A stretch of DNA of 63,990 nucleotides, the filler included, from Basidioascus undulatus (lineage: Eukaryota): the NCBI GenBank assembly GCA_000826855.1. It is 5 parts of 5 records of this genome, joined end to end, with 100 filler letters (N's around TTAATTAATTAA, not from the genome) between each part and the next. Parts side by side here need not be neighbours in the genome. Positions count along the whole stretch, not along the records: positions 8,752 to 17,398 come from JTLS01001359.1; positions 17,499 to 46,665 come from JTLS01000136.1; 3 more parts are not named here. One strand, written 5' to 3'. Under the pieces are notes generated by a model. It ran no database searches. It was not told the origin of the DNA and was given only the letters and a program-made list of their open reading frames with translations. Positions 11,590 to 22,220 of this stretch are shown here, piece by piece. A program made the position numbers and the translations under genes. Within the stretch, counting starts at the first letter, position 1. Each line of letters begins with the position of its first letter.

Positions 11590-13002
11590 ATGCTGCACCC
11601 CTTCCCCACAACCATCCCATCCCCTGCCGCCACGCCCTCGCTGACCGACTCCCAAGCGCGCGCCGTCTACGCGCGGGCCATCCAAGCCCACGGGCTGTAC
11701 CCGAACCTCGACACAGTCCGCGCAATCACGCGCGACGCGGGCAGGGAGAAGAAGGAGTTCCGTGCGTACTTGGTTAAGGAGCGGCGGAAGCTGGCCGGGG
11801 AAAGGGAGAGGGAGCGGGAGGTGCGTAGGGGTGGACGCGTCGGGTCGGGAGGTGGGGGCGTCACTGACTTACTGGATGGGATGGGATGATTGGGTGGCAG
11901 GCGCAGGAGGTAGACCATGCGAAGAGGCTTGCGGCGCTGGCGGGGATGAGCACGCACCCTCCGAGCAACCCGCCGCGCCTGTATGCGCCAGTCCCCCCGC
12001 GCCCCAACGCCCAGCCGGGCGCGTCTTCCTCCAGCAGGAGGAGCAGCAGCGACCCTTCCGTTCGTCTTTCCTCCTTCCCTTTCCCCTCATCCCCCTACCT
12101 TCCCATCCTCCTTTCACACGCACACACACCGCAGCTCCCCACTCCGCCCCCGCCCTCCCTTTCCCCGAGCAAGAGCAAGGGCAAGGGCAAAGCCATGAAG
12201 CCCACCGCGGAGCCCGCGCCGCTCACGCACAGGGAACAGCTCGCGATCCTCCGTGAGGCGTACGTGGAGGACAGCCGCCCGTCGGACGATGTGTACTGGG
12301 CGCTCGCGAGACGGACGGGCAGGACGGTCGCGAGCGTGAAGAGCTGTGCGTTTCCTTTATTTTTATTTTTTATTTTTCCTGTGACCGGTGGTGCGGATGC
12401 TGATTGTGGGAGTGCGGGGACGCGAGGATAGATTTCTATCAGAAGCGCAACACGGATGGGAAGCGGCAGAAGGAGAGGGGCGTGAAGGAGAGCGACAACG
12501 AGGTGAGTTCCAATCCACCTCCCCTTCCTTTCGTCCTCCTCCCATCCTCCACATCCTTCCTTACTGGACTCCTAACACTTTTTACCAACCCAGTCTGACA
12601 TCCCCACAACCAGCACCTCCGCCGCACCCTCCAAGTCCACCACCTCCACCTCGATCTCACGCTTCTTCCGCCCCGTCCCCTACCCCAAGTCCAATCCCAA
12701 AGCGCCCAAGCCCTCGCATCGCATCATCCTACCTCCTCCCGTGCGTTCTTTCTCCCACCCCTGGCCCTTACTCCCTGTTCCCCTTCTTTCCCCTTTCTCC
12801 CATTTCCCCTACTTCCTTCCTTCCATCCGTCGCTTTGCGTGTAACTGTGCCAACGCTCGCGGACGACCAGGGTACCCTCAACCCCGACTTCGCTGCCCCC
12901 CACACGCTCGCAGCGGGAAAGTCGAGCGGCGCAGGCGCACCGCTCGGCCTTCCCGCTTCGCGCACGCCCGCTGCGGACGTGCTGAGGGCGTTGGGGACTT
13001 GA
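11590..13002 (+). CDS. Divergent double-homeodomain-like protein B (5 exons)
   Basis: HD-like 1: TDSQARAVYARAIQAHGLYPNLDTVRAITRDAGREKKEFRAYLVKERRK. HD-like 2: THREQLAILREAYVEDSRPSDDVYWALARRTGRTVASVKS/YFYQKRN. GT-AG introns at ~11821, 12347, 12503 and 12741 keep the frame. Ends SRTPAADVLRALGT*. Confidence 0.72.
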
Positions 13003-14099
13003 GGGGTGGGGCGGCTAGTTCTCGGTGGGAGAAGGGAGGAACGAAGGATGGAAGAAGGGAGCAAACAGGAGAAGGAAGGAGGAAGGGGGAGGCAGTGATA
13101 CTATCGCGCATTGGTCTCATCCGTCGTGTTGTACTCGCTTTGAGAAGTGTTGAGAGATAGTAGCGTACGACGACGCCAAGGACCGGATGATCGATAGAGT
13201 CGATAGAGGACTGGCCGACGAAGACCAGCCTGCCCGGCTGAAGGTCAAATTCCATGCAGTCTAGGCCCTCAGAGACCGCCAGCCTTAGGAGAAGGTGGAC
13301 GGACACGCGTGCCAAGACTACGGGCAACTTGGGCAGCACTCACAATAACCAAAATGCAGAGCACGGTCTGCATTCGTACTTGGAGCTCAGTGGGCTCGAC
13401 GCCAGACGGTCCGCCACTAGTCCATCTTACAGCCGACAGAGAAGTCAGGGCCGACGTGCGCAGAAAGGACAGAGCAAGAGCAAGCGTGAAGGACTGAGGG
13501 GTGGGTCGCTCGTCATGTCTCCTTACGCCATGTCCGCGCAAGAGCGATCGTCTGGCGTCGAGACTAGAGCTCAGGTGATGCAGCCCCAGCTGGCCAAAGA
13601 TCACATGCCTCCCGCAAAATTTTTTGGATCAAATAATACATTTAGTTAGGTATGTGACTGCTGAGTATCTTAATCTCTTGTATGACCGCCCTCTCGTAGC
13701 CAGTTGGGACTGCTCAACCTCTTAAAGGCCGCTGCATGCTGCAGTCTCGGTTTCATACAGAAGGACGTGCACGCTCCGTGTTCTGTTGACCATCGAACCC
13801 TACGTTAGATTACAGAGCGACATGAACAAGGAGAATTTTATCCTGAAAAAGGAATTCGTCTTGTCGGCGCTGGTCAGTCGGATGTACCCGAGACAAGCTG
13901 TATTCAAGTTCGTCCCGGACGTTGCACCCTCGTTTTATCCTTCCCAACCATCACTATACCCACAATGCCCAGGTCTCTTTCAAGGTTTCGCCACCTCCGC
14001 AATATCGTCAGGGCCTTCACCCCCCGTATCGGTGTCGATGTTCCCGGACACCTCTCATTCGAACCCGGACACTACGTCGTCTCGTCGTCCTCCGCAAAG

Positions 14100-14579
14100 A
14101 CCTCCCCGCCCCGAAGGTCGCGGCACATTGCGGAAGTCAATCGTTATATCGCCCAGGATTACGGCGCGTCCATTCTCCGGGCTCTGCCGCGACATCTCCC
14201 CATGGTACACCGGCGACTTCGCAAACAAAGTGAGGACTGCTGTGTGCTCTTTCGCATGGACTGCGAGAATCTATATCAACGGACGCGGCAATCAGGAAGG
14301 GATCCGGGAGTGGCTCCAGCTTCACCGAGAGCATCTCCTGGTCATGCTCGCATTCGCTCTCCGGCTCCATATCGGCCTTTTCAACGCCCGCCGCCAGGCG
14401 CTCGAGATCAAACTGCGCCCGGTCAGGCTCGACCCGCCCGCGTTCGCCCTCACCGGGTACCATTTCTTCCGTTTGAGGACGTCAAGGCGTATATGAGCCA
14501 GGGCGAGTGGAAGGGGATGCTACAAGAGAACTGGGCTCTGGAAGGATCGGGTGCGTCTTCGATTCCACGTCCCAAATAG
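14100..14579 (+). pseudogene. Hypothetical fungal protein fragment, frame-disrupted
   Basis: Protein-like stretch IREWLQLHREHLLVMLAFALRL...PPAFALTGYHFF continues in another frame (PFEDVKAYMSQGEWKGMLQE). No confident family. Confidence 0.3.
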
Positions 14580-17398
14580 TTAGTCTCAATGCGGAGCTGA
14601 TGCTTCTTGTGATCCGGGCCGAGTAGGGGCGCCGAAATTCGCGGTCCTCATCTTTGAGGCTGAGGGCGTTCGTGTCTTTCTCCAGTGCCTGGTTAGGAGA
14701 AGAGCCTCCTCAATGCGGTTCGGAAGCTTCCGTTGATGAATAATGGGTGGTGGCGCTGGATGCAGGCGACGCTGGAGGGATGACGGCCTCTAGGCGTGTG
14801 GCTGAAGAGCTGCTGTGTTGACTTGTCTGATGGTATCCATTTTTAGGTGCATGCATATTTCTGCCGAACAGGGGGTACCTTATAAGGATAAGGGACCATG
14901 ACTCTTGATTTTCTGGGTTCTGGCTTGAGGGCGAAGGCGAGTGGCGAGTCGAGCGCAGGGCGGGATGCGGATGAGGACGACTGGAATGTGCCATCTTCTC
15001 ATCCCCAGGCGCGTGCGACGGCACGCCGATTGTGATATGTCCGACTGTTTTTATAGTAAATTTTTTTGGTACACCTCAAGTGAGTAGTGGAAGGGTTTCT
15101 AAAAAGCGCTGTCCTGCCGGAGAATAATGCGTGTTGAATCGTCATCCAGCACAACGGTCGTGCTCTCTTGCTGGAACTGGTGCTCGGGCGGCCGGTTAAC
15201 AGTAAGGGGTTAAAGTTCAGAAAAGGAGAATGTAGTCTACTGTCAACCGAGGCGCCCCGAATCAGGGTGATGATTAGCAGTACGACCCATCCCCATGCTG
15301 ACCTGGGTCGCACGACAAGGCGGAACTACCTGTGCAATCTAGCGGCAGTTGATCGGTCTGAAAGCCAGAAAAAAGCAAAACTTTGACACACACATTTTAC
15401 ATGACTCCAGTCGGATTTGGAGGCGAACTGAGCACGCCGGGACAACCACATTGGATCTGCACACTGCGTTCGTAAAAACGTGGTCGACACTCTTCACCGA
15501 GCCAGAGTCGTCGAACGGTTCTGGCGTGCTCTCTTCTTTCCCTCTTCGCTCTCTACTCCTTAGAAACCTCTCAATTTCCCATCAAATATGGAACCCCTTG
15601 CGGCGGGGGACCGCTGGTTCCCAGACACCCACACACTACTTTCGCACTTCTTCGCATCCATCAGGTCGGACGGAATCGCCATGGTCATGAGCGGGGCGGG
15701 AGGTTGTACCAAGAAGGTCGCCTTGGATAGCGTTGGCGACACAGTACTTGCGAGGATGTTCATCGATCAAGACTCCGAGGGGAGCATCACGGCGGTCCAC
15801 AGGTTCGAAACGACTGTGGAAGCCGAGCGCTACTTGGTACGTCCACGCGGGCTGGTTGACCTGTCCTGTGTGCACAACTCATCACAGTCCCTGAACAGAT
15901 GGGGGAAATCGCCGTTGCGCTCGGAAACGATCGTGATGCAGCGAATGGTATTCCCTCGGTCCTCGTGGGCGTTCTGGCCTGGACCAGCGACGAGAAGGCG
16001 GACGACCTTTTCGAGGTCTTCTCTCGCCCCTGAGTCGCATCGGAGTTTCGACTTGGGTTTGTGAGCGATTCGAGGGGGCTGTACGACTCGGGGGCTCCGC
16101 GTTTGGTTTTTGGCCAGTGGAACCCAAGCCGGCTGCAGGGTTGCCCCAATGCGTTTTGGAACAACGAGGGCAACACTCTTGTCTGGTGAACGGTGCTTTG
16201 CCCCATGCTCTGTTTCGTACATGAAGACCAATTTTGCGAGCTGCTCAATGCGCATCCTCCAAGATATGAGCGTCAACCTCAACCTCGGTTCAGAAGCTTC
16301 AATGCGCAGGCTGCCCGCGCATGTATTCGGAATGGCTTTTGCAACGGCGGCAGGCCAACTTGTTACCGTCATGATACCTATCATGCAGGTACGTTCTGTG
16401 CAGTAGGAGCACCCTTAAGGGAAAAAAAGCTCGTAGCATCGCGTACTTCAGATCGGTCAACCTCTACCACCTCGACTTTGTCCATCGCCGCAGCGAGCGA
16501 ACTGTCGGCTCTGTCCTGCAATCGCGCATGCATATCGCTTCTAAAGGTCGATACATTATCGTCCATCTCAACTTCATTGGTCCCGCGTTTGTTATAGACA
16601 GGGAACGGGTGCTTGAACTGATTTTGAGGGGGCGGGCCCTTTCGTCCGGCTCTTGATTTCGATAGCCATTTGTACCGCCATCCCCAGCTCCAGCTTCTGA
16701 GGCAAGATATCCACTAAGTCTCAAGGACGTACAACCGACTTGTCCCCAAAGAGACAACGGCACAACTCCCTACTCCTCGACTCCTAAGCCTCCTCATTCT
16801 CGTCGTATGCTTTCTCTGTCCCCCCGCCGCCGCCCAGAACGCCACGACCACGACCGCCGTCACCGCAATACCCACACCGAGCGCTAGTCCTATTGCAAGC
16901 CCACTGCCCGTCCGGTACAGCTGCCGTACCGCTGAGAAGAAAAAGACCACAGCAAGCGACCTCTGCTCATCGACAAGTATCTTCCGACCCGCACAACCGT
17001 CACACAAAACAGAAGCGTAGCACATCAAACCGCATCTTATCTATTCGCCCCCCCTCCCCCTCTCCCGTCTCCCCACATCCTCGCTCCCCCGCATCCCATC
17101 ATCGCCTACCACATACCCCCTTGCGATCCCCGCCCGCCCATCCTCCAGGACGCTCGGCGCGTCCATACCTTCGCGGACCTCCAGCCCAGACCAGGTGCGG
17201 TTGTTCCGCAAATAATCCCCTGTTGTACCTCCACCATCAATAAACCAGCCCGATGACGAAAGAAGACGGGAAGGAAGGAGGGGAAGGAAGGGGAGGAGGG
17301 GGAGGCGCACCGGCTGCGGAGTCCGACATTACGGCTAGGGCCGTCTCGGTCGAGCGGAGGGTGAGGGACTGGATGTCGGGGAGGGCGGCTGGGAGGGT

Positions 17399-17498
17399 NN
17401 NNNNNNNNNNNNNNNNNNNNNNNNNNNNNNNNNNNNNNNNNNTTAATTAATTAANNNNNNNNNNNNNNNNNNNNNNNNNNNNNNNNNNNNNNNNNNNN
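17399..17498. other. Artificial contig spacer
   Basis: N44-TTAATTAATTAA-N44. Confidence 0.98.
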
Positions 17499-18380
17499 CA
17501 GGATGTACACCCCCCCCCCCCCGACGTGAAGCTCTAGCACAGTCACCTGCTGTTTGATGTCGACGGGGAGGGCCCACTGGGCACCGTTAGCCAGGCCGTA
17601 TGCCCTTTTAGAGAGTGTAAAGGTGTGCCTCTGTACATGTGTCGAGCACGGCGGTGAGACAGTGAACAGCTTCGGCATTGCCGGCAGGAAAGCACGAGAA
17701 GACCATGCCGTAGTCCAGGTCCCGGGCGCGAAGCGGTGATGCGCTGGAAGCCATAAAGGAAACCATGTCTTTTCCCAGGTGCGGGTCGGCGCTATGGAGA
17801 TCGCCTGCGCCGCGCGGAGCCGGCCCGGCGTAAAGCTGAGCGTCTCGAGATCATGCACGGCCAGAAGCACGTCATCGATGAGAAAGCCTTCGATGCCGAT
17901 ATTAAGGTGCGAGAGAGGAAGGGTGGCGAATGAAAGCCCGAAAGACGCAAGAAGGTGGGGCGGAAGAGGGTGCCAGAAGGACGAGAAGGAGCGCAGACGC
18001 GGGAATGCGGCGAGCATCATGAGCAGGAACTGGAAGATGGCGTCGGATGGCACTTCGCTGCGGAGACCCGAGGTCTCGTAGGCGGTTACTTCAAGCGACC
18101 TATATGGCAGGCAGTTCCAACCCGCAGCTCATGTGGAACTGGGCGTGTATCTGGAGACGTACCTTGCTGCTCCAGTCGGGTACTCCTTCGCCCACTGGAC
18201 AAGCTTCACGCATTCCTCAAACATACAGGGCGTCTTCAAGTCCTCGTAGAGCAGCGGGAGCACCATGGTGCGGATGGACGAGTTGACGAGCGAGAAGGCC
18301 TTGAGCGTCCTGCGTTCGCACACCGCTCCGATGGCAAGAATGAGCTCCGGCGCGAGAGTGGAGAACGGGCTGTGATACAT
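17499..18380 (-). pseudogene. F-box-like protein, copy 1 (paralogue of 40100-41308), disrupted and cut by the gap
   Basis: MYHSPFSTLAPELILAIGAVCERRTLKAFSLVNSSIRTMVLPLLYE is F-box-like. In-frame TGA at 18129-18131 and internal frame changes relative to copy 2. Confidence 0.65.
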
Positions 18381-19134
18381 GTCGCGTGGGCGTGAGGGGT
18401 CTGGTATACGATCGAAATTGGGGCTCTTTTGGAGGGCGGTGGGTCGGCGATGGGGATAATGATGATGGTCAAGCGCAAAGGAAGTCGTTGCCCGCGCGCG
18501 AATGAATGCTGTGCAGGTACTGAGTCTCCAATGGGGTTTTGGACGGCGCGTCGTCGTGGAGGTTGGTGTTGCCTCCATAGCTGGGTTGAGTCCTAGTTCG
18601 ACTTTTTAATGCAGAATAATCCAAATCAACTTCATCGTGGCAAAAGCGATCGTGCATGTTACCCCCTCGTCCCCCCGTCGCATCGCATGCCGTTTCGGCA
18701 CTGTCTTGGAACAAGTGTATATCGGGGAGACTCAAAAGATGTATTTTTAATTTCACCGCTGAATCATGTACGTCTGGCTCATTTCGTCCATGTATGCGTC
18801 TCGGGTCGTTTCTTACAATACTGTGATGTTCACCATTTCCTCCTCCGTTCTGCGGACCCCACCCAGCGTGCAGGCCCTCGCTCATGAAATTAATTTAAGA
18901 GACATAGACAGTTACCGTAGAAGTGGTATGTACCGCCGTCCGGATAATCAAGGCTCGTGCCGTGCCGCACGCGGCGGGTGTTGTGGCGACTGCTAGGCAT
19001 GCCATGATGGAGGCGGGAGGAGGACCCCTGACCGTATACCAGCTCCCCAGTCAGCGAGTTTCCCCTTCATCAAGTAATAGGAAAGAGCATCGCACAAGCA
19101 ACCAGACCCTAGCGGCACAACCCCACTGCGTAAG

Positions 19135-20115
19135 CTAGAAATCTTGAACAAGACAGCGCAGCACCACGATCCAAATGGCGTTCCCCAGATCCGCATCAGC
19201 CGAGCTTGAGGAATCCTCTATCCTGTCCCTGGCGATGCAGAACACTGCGATCTCGAGTGCCCAGCCCATGGCGGCGAGCAGGCAGACGAGCGCGGAGAGG
19301 GCGGCGGTTGCCAGGGCGAGCAGGCGCGAGGAGGAGATGGCTGTTGCGGAGGCGAGGAAGGCTAGGAAGGCTATCCTGGCGGCTGTGGGGGGTGTGTTTG
19401 TTGGGGTGGGGCGAGGGGAGAAGGATAGAGGAGGCGCACCGAGGGTGTGAGGACGAAGGCGGTAGTGACGCCTGAGAAAGGAGGGTGAGGGTCAGATGCC
19501 GAGGGATGGAGAAGGATGTGAACGAACTTTTATGACAGAGCGTGCAAGTAAATGTTATTCGCTTTACCCCAGTACGCCAGGGTCGGAAGTCGTCTGTGTC
19601 CCTGCAGTCTTACCTTTCCCAGTACGAATTAGCCCCGGCAGGGAATGGCACTCACACCCGAGTTACCGCTTCGAGCAACCCCCATCAAACGACGTGCCCC
19701 CAAAGAGGGAGTCTACCGGAGACGCCGTCGGAGCAGTAGCTACAAAACCAACATGTGAACGCTGCGCTCCATAGTCTCGTGAGGCAGCCAGCACGCACCC
19801 CCACATCCCGAACCGGACCCGCGACGCGGCGGAGGCGACGCTGATCCCGAGCGCAGAGGCGTCGACGTTGATACGGGACTGTCCATATATTCTCCACCCT
19901 GGTCAAGGCTTCCGTTCTTGCTCTGAGGAAGAAGGCCCGGAGAACGCGCGTCGAGGAAGTACAGGTTCCAGCTGATAGGGACCGTGACTGCAAGTCGCCT
20001 CATCCCATGAGTAACCGTCTTCGGAACCAAGACCGCTTTCCGGGGAACCCGAGCAGAGGATGAGCAGGATGAGCGCTCCGAGGGTGAAGATGAATGGGAG
20101 GGTAGCGACGATCTA
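19135..20115 (-). pseudogene. SUR7/PalI (Rim9-like) tetraspan membrane protein, probably disrupted
   Basis: Exon pieces LPFIFTLGALILLILCS/VTVPISWNLYFL/...RVRFGMWG/YCS.../GVTTAFVL(H)../AARIAFLAFLAS...WALEIAVFCIARDRIE...LGNAIWIVV match SUR7/PalI motifs (FG.WGYC; VLHP; LGNA.W). Apparent 1-nt loss near 19452 and weak donor sites. Confidence 0.7.
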
Positions 20116-21075
20116 CGTTGTAGCCGGTTTTCGCTTCGATAGCTTCCGGGGGTCAGTGGCGATCGTGAAACTGAGGGGTATCGTGAGGTCGTAAACGGAT
20201 GGAATGGAGAAAGTAAGAGGTGCAGAAGCTGGACAATGGGAGAACAACAGACGCTCCCTTTCAATATCTCAACGTCGGGCTCCACAGCGGCGAGAGGGCG
20301 GGCCGTCGAAGGGGCAGTGTGTCGGCGCCTTCTGCCGCTCTTCTCTGTGGCGCAGTGATGATTTTAAGCCCGGAACACGCATGAATTTGGGAGTCAATGG
20401 GGGCAAACCAAGGCAAATGGGGCTGAGGAGCTGAAATCGGACTGCCAAATAGTGTGGCGCGTCCGGCTCACGGGTACCGGCAAACACCATGATGGCCGAG
20501 CGGGCTGTGGGTGCGTTGTGATAAAGTTTGAGTAACTTGTCTGTAAAGCGTAGAGATGTCGCTTCAGGTGTAGCGAAGTCAGAAGTTGGTCGAGGCACAG
20601 CCGCTGCTGGGAAAGAGAAATTGCAAACCGACTTCTTGAGTGCATGCTTGCTAATTCAGCTTTCCCTGTAATGCCAAAATACAACGATACGCGAATCAAG
20701 CCAAGGTGCGCTTTGGCGTACAACACCAACATCGGCTGGCGGCTAGAAACACCAGCTGGCGGGCACAATTGAGTGCGACTCCAGCAGCACATATCGACAA
20801 GCCCCAGTACGAGGGTGGGCGAGTAGGCTTGAGTGAACTCTTCCGATCCCCCAGCTGCATCTTGAGCACAAGACGCACACACCAGCCAGTTGGTCATCAA
20901 CACCGTCCATCATCCATCTCATCCCGCACCGCACACGCCACGCTCGCGTAGCCGAAGCATGTGATGCAGGCGTGTTCATACAAGAGGCATACTCGTGTGC
21001 AGTACGGAGAAAGAGAGAACAGGACAGGTGCAAGGAAACATCCCCCAACGCGTGACGAACGAGACGGCGAGACGC

Positions 21076-21912
21076 TCAGAAGACGAGCGCGGCGCCCTTC
21101 TGCTTCTTCTCGCCACCGAGCTCGAAGCTGTTCGCGGGGTGCAAGCGAGGCGTGAGCAGGTTGATCGGAGCAGAGAGGAGGGGAGGATGAGGGAAGAGGG
21201 CAGGAGAGACGTACTGCTTGCAGCGCTTGAGCGCGAGCTGCATCTTGTACTTGCAGACGGTGCACTCGAGGCGGAGGACGACCTTCTTGGTCGTCTTGGC
21301 CTATTTACCGCGACACACCCAACCGTAATTCTCCATCAGTCACGCGCTCGCAACACCTGGTCGCTACGAGAAGGCACTGGGGGTGGAGAGAGAAGGAAGA
21401 CGCACCTTCTTGTGAAACACGGGCTTGGTCTGACCACCGTAACCGGACTGCTTCCGGTCGTAGCGGCGCTTACCCTGCGCGTAGAGCGAGGCCTTGCCCG
21501 TCTTGTACTGGGTAACCTTGTGCGGGCTGGAGGGCGGGGTCGAGATGGACGGGGAAGAAGGGGGCGGCAAGTGGGCGATTTTGGGTGATGCGGGAAGGCG
21601 GTTGTGGATCGACGGCGCGGTGGACGGGAGGATAAGGAGTCGGGGGCATCCGTCAGTATCGCCTAGTTCTGGTTCCCTGTAGAAGGAGAGAGTGAAAGAG
21701 GCACGACGCACGTGTGCTTGCGGCACTGCTTGCCCTTGCAGACTGATCCCAGATGCCCATCTCAGCGACCCAGCTCCCCATCATCCCCCGAGGCGCGCCG
21801 AGTTCGACACTCACAGGTACGGCGGGTCCTATAGGGGCGGACGCGATGTCAGCTTTGCACAGACGGGAGAGCAGGGGAAGGTGGGGCGAACGCACTTGGG
21901 GACGTTGACCAT
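21076..21912 (-). CDS. RPL42: 60S ribosomal protein eL42 (L44/L36a), 6 coding exons
   Basis: Spliced: [106 protein letters not shown]. Pro in QTKPVF is the cycloheximide-sensitive form. Confidence 0.98.
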
Positions 21913-21913
21913 T

Positions 21914-22220
21914 CTGCGGGGACAGCACCAACCCACACGTCAGCACCGCTATCACCATGGCTGATCCCGCACATCGTCCCCATAAAAAGTCACTCACCTG
22001 CACACCCCAAAGCAGAGCGAGTCCCAACGAATCCCCAAGCTCACCGTCAGCGCCGCCTTCGTCTTCCCACCTTCCCAACCCAACCCGCTCTTCCCCTCAC
22101 CCGCCTCCCCCGCCTCCCTCAAAGGAACGATACGCACTTGACCTATACGCAGAGAAACCACCGAGTCAGGACGTCCGAGTGAAATAAAACGGCGGTAGTG
22201 CGGGGACGGCGAGCACGCAC
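21914..22220 (-). other. RPL42 5' UTR intron cluster: intron 22220-22143, 5-nt exon 22142-22138, abutting introns 22137-21998 and 21997-21914
   Basis: Three consensus donors (GTGCGT, GTGCGT, GTGAGT), three CTGAC branch points and three YAG acceptors. The spliced product gives GTCAA-A-ATG. Confidence 0.65.

Noticed and set aside
10430..13002. Mating-type HD1/HD2 locus
   Set aside because: The genes are co-oriented rather than divergent, lack WFxNxR, and no typical MAT-linked gene is recognisable on this contig.
15560..16600. Transposase or retroelement remnant
   Set aside because: Fragmentary ORFs with no recognisable DDE, RT, integrase or gag motif, and no terminal repeats found by eye.
18955..18996. 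Helitron 3' end (GC hairpin followed by CTAG)
   Set aside because: The hairpin is imperfect, and there is no second copy or Rep/helicase remnant.
20354..20426. C/D box snoRNA (GTGATGA...CTGA)
   Set aside because: No convincing terminal stem or recognisable rRNA guide; such boxes arise by chance. A snoscan run would be needed.
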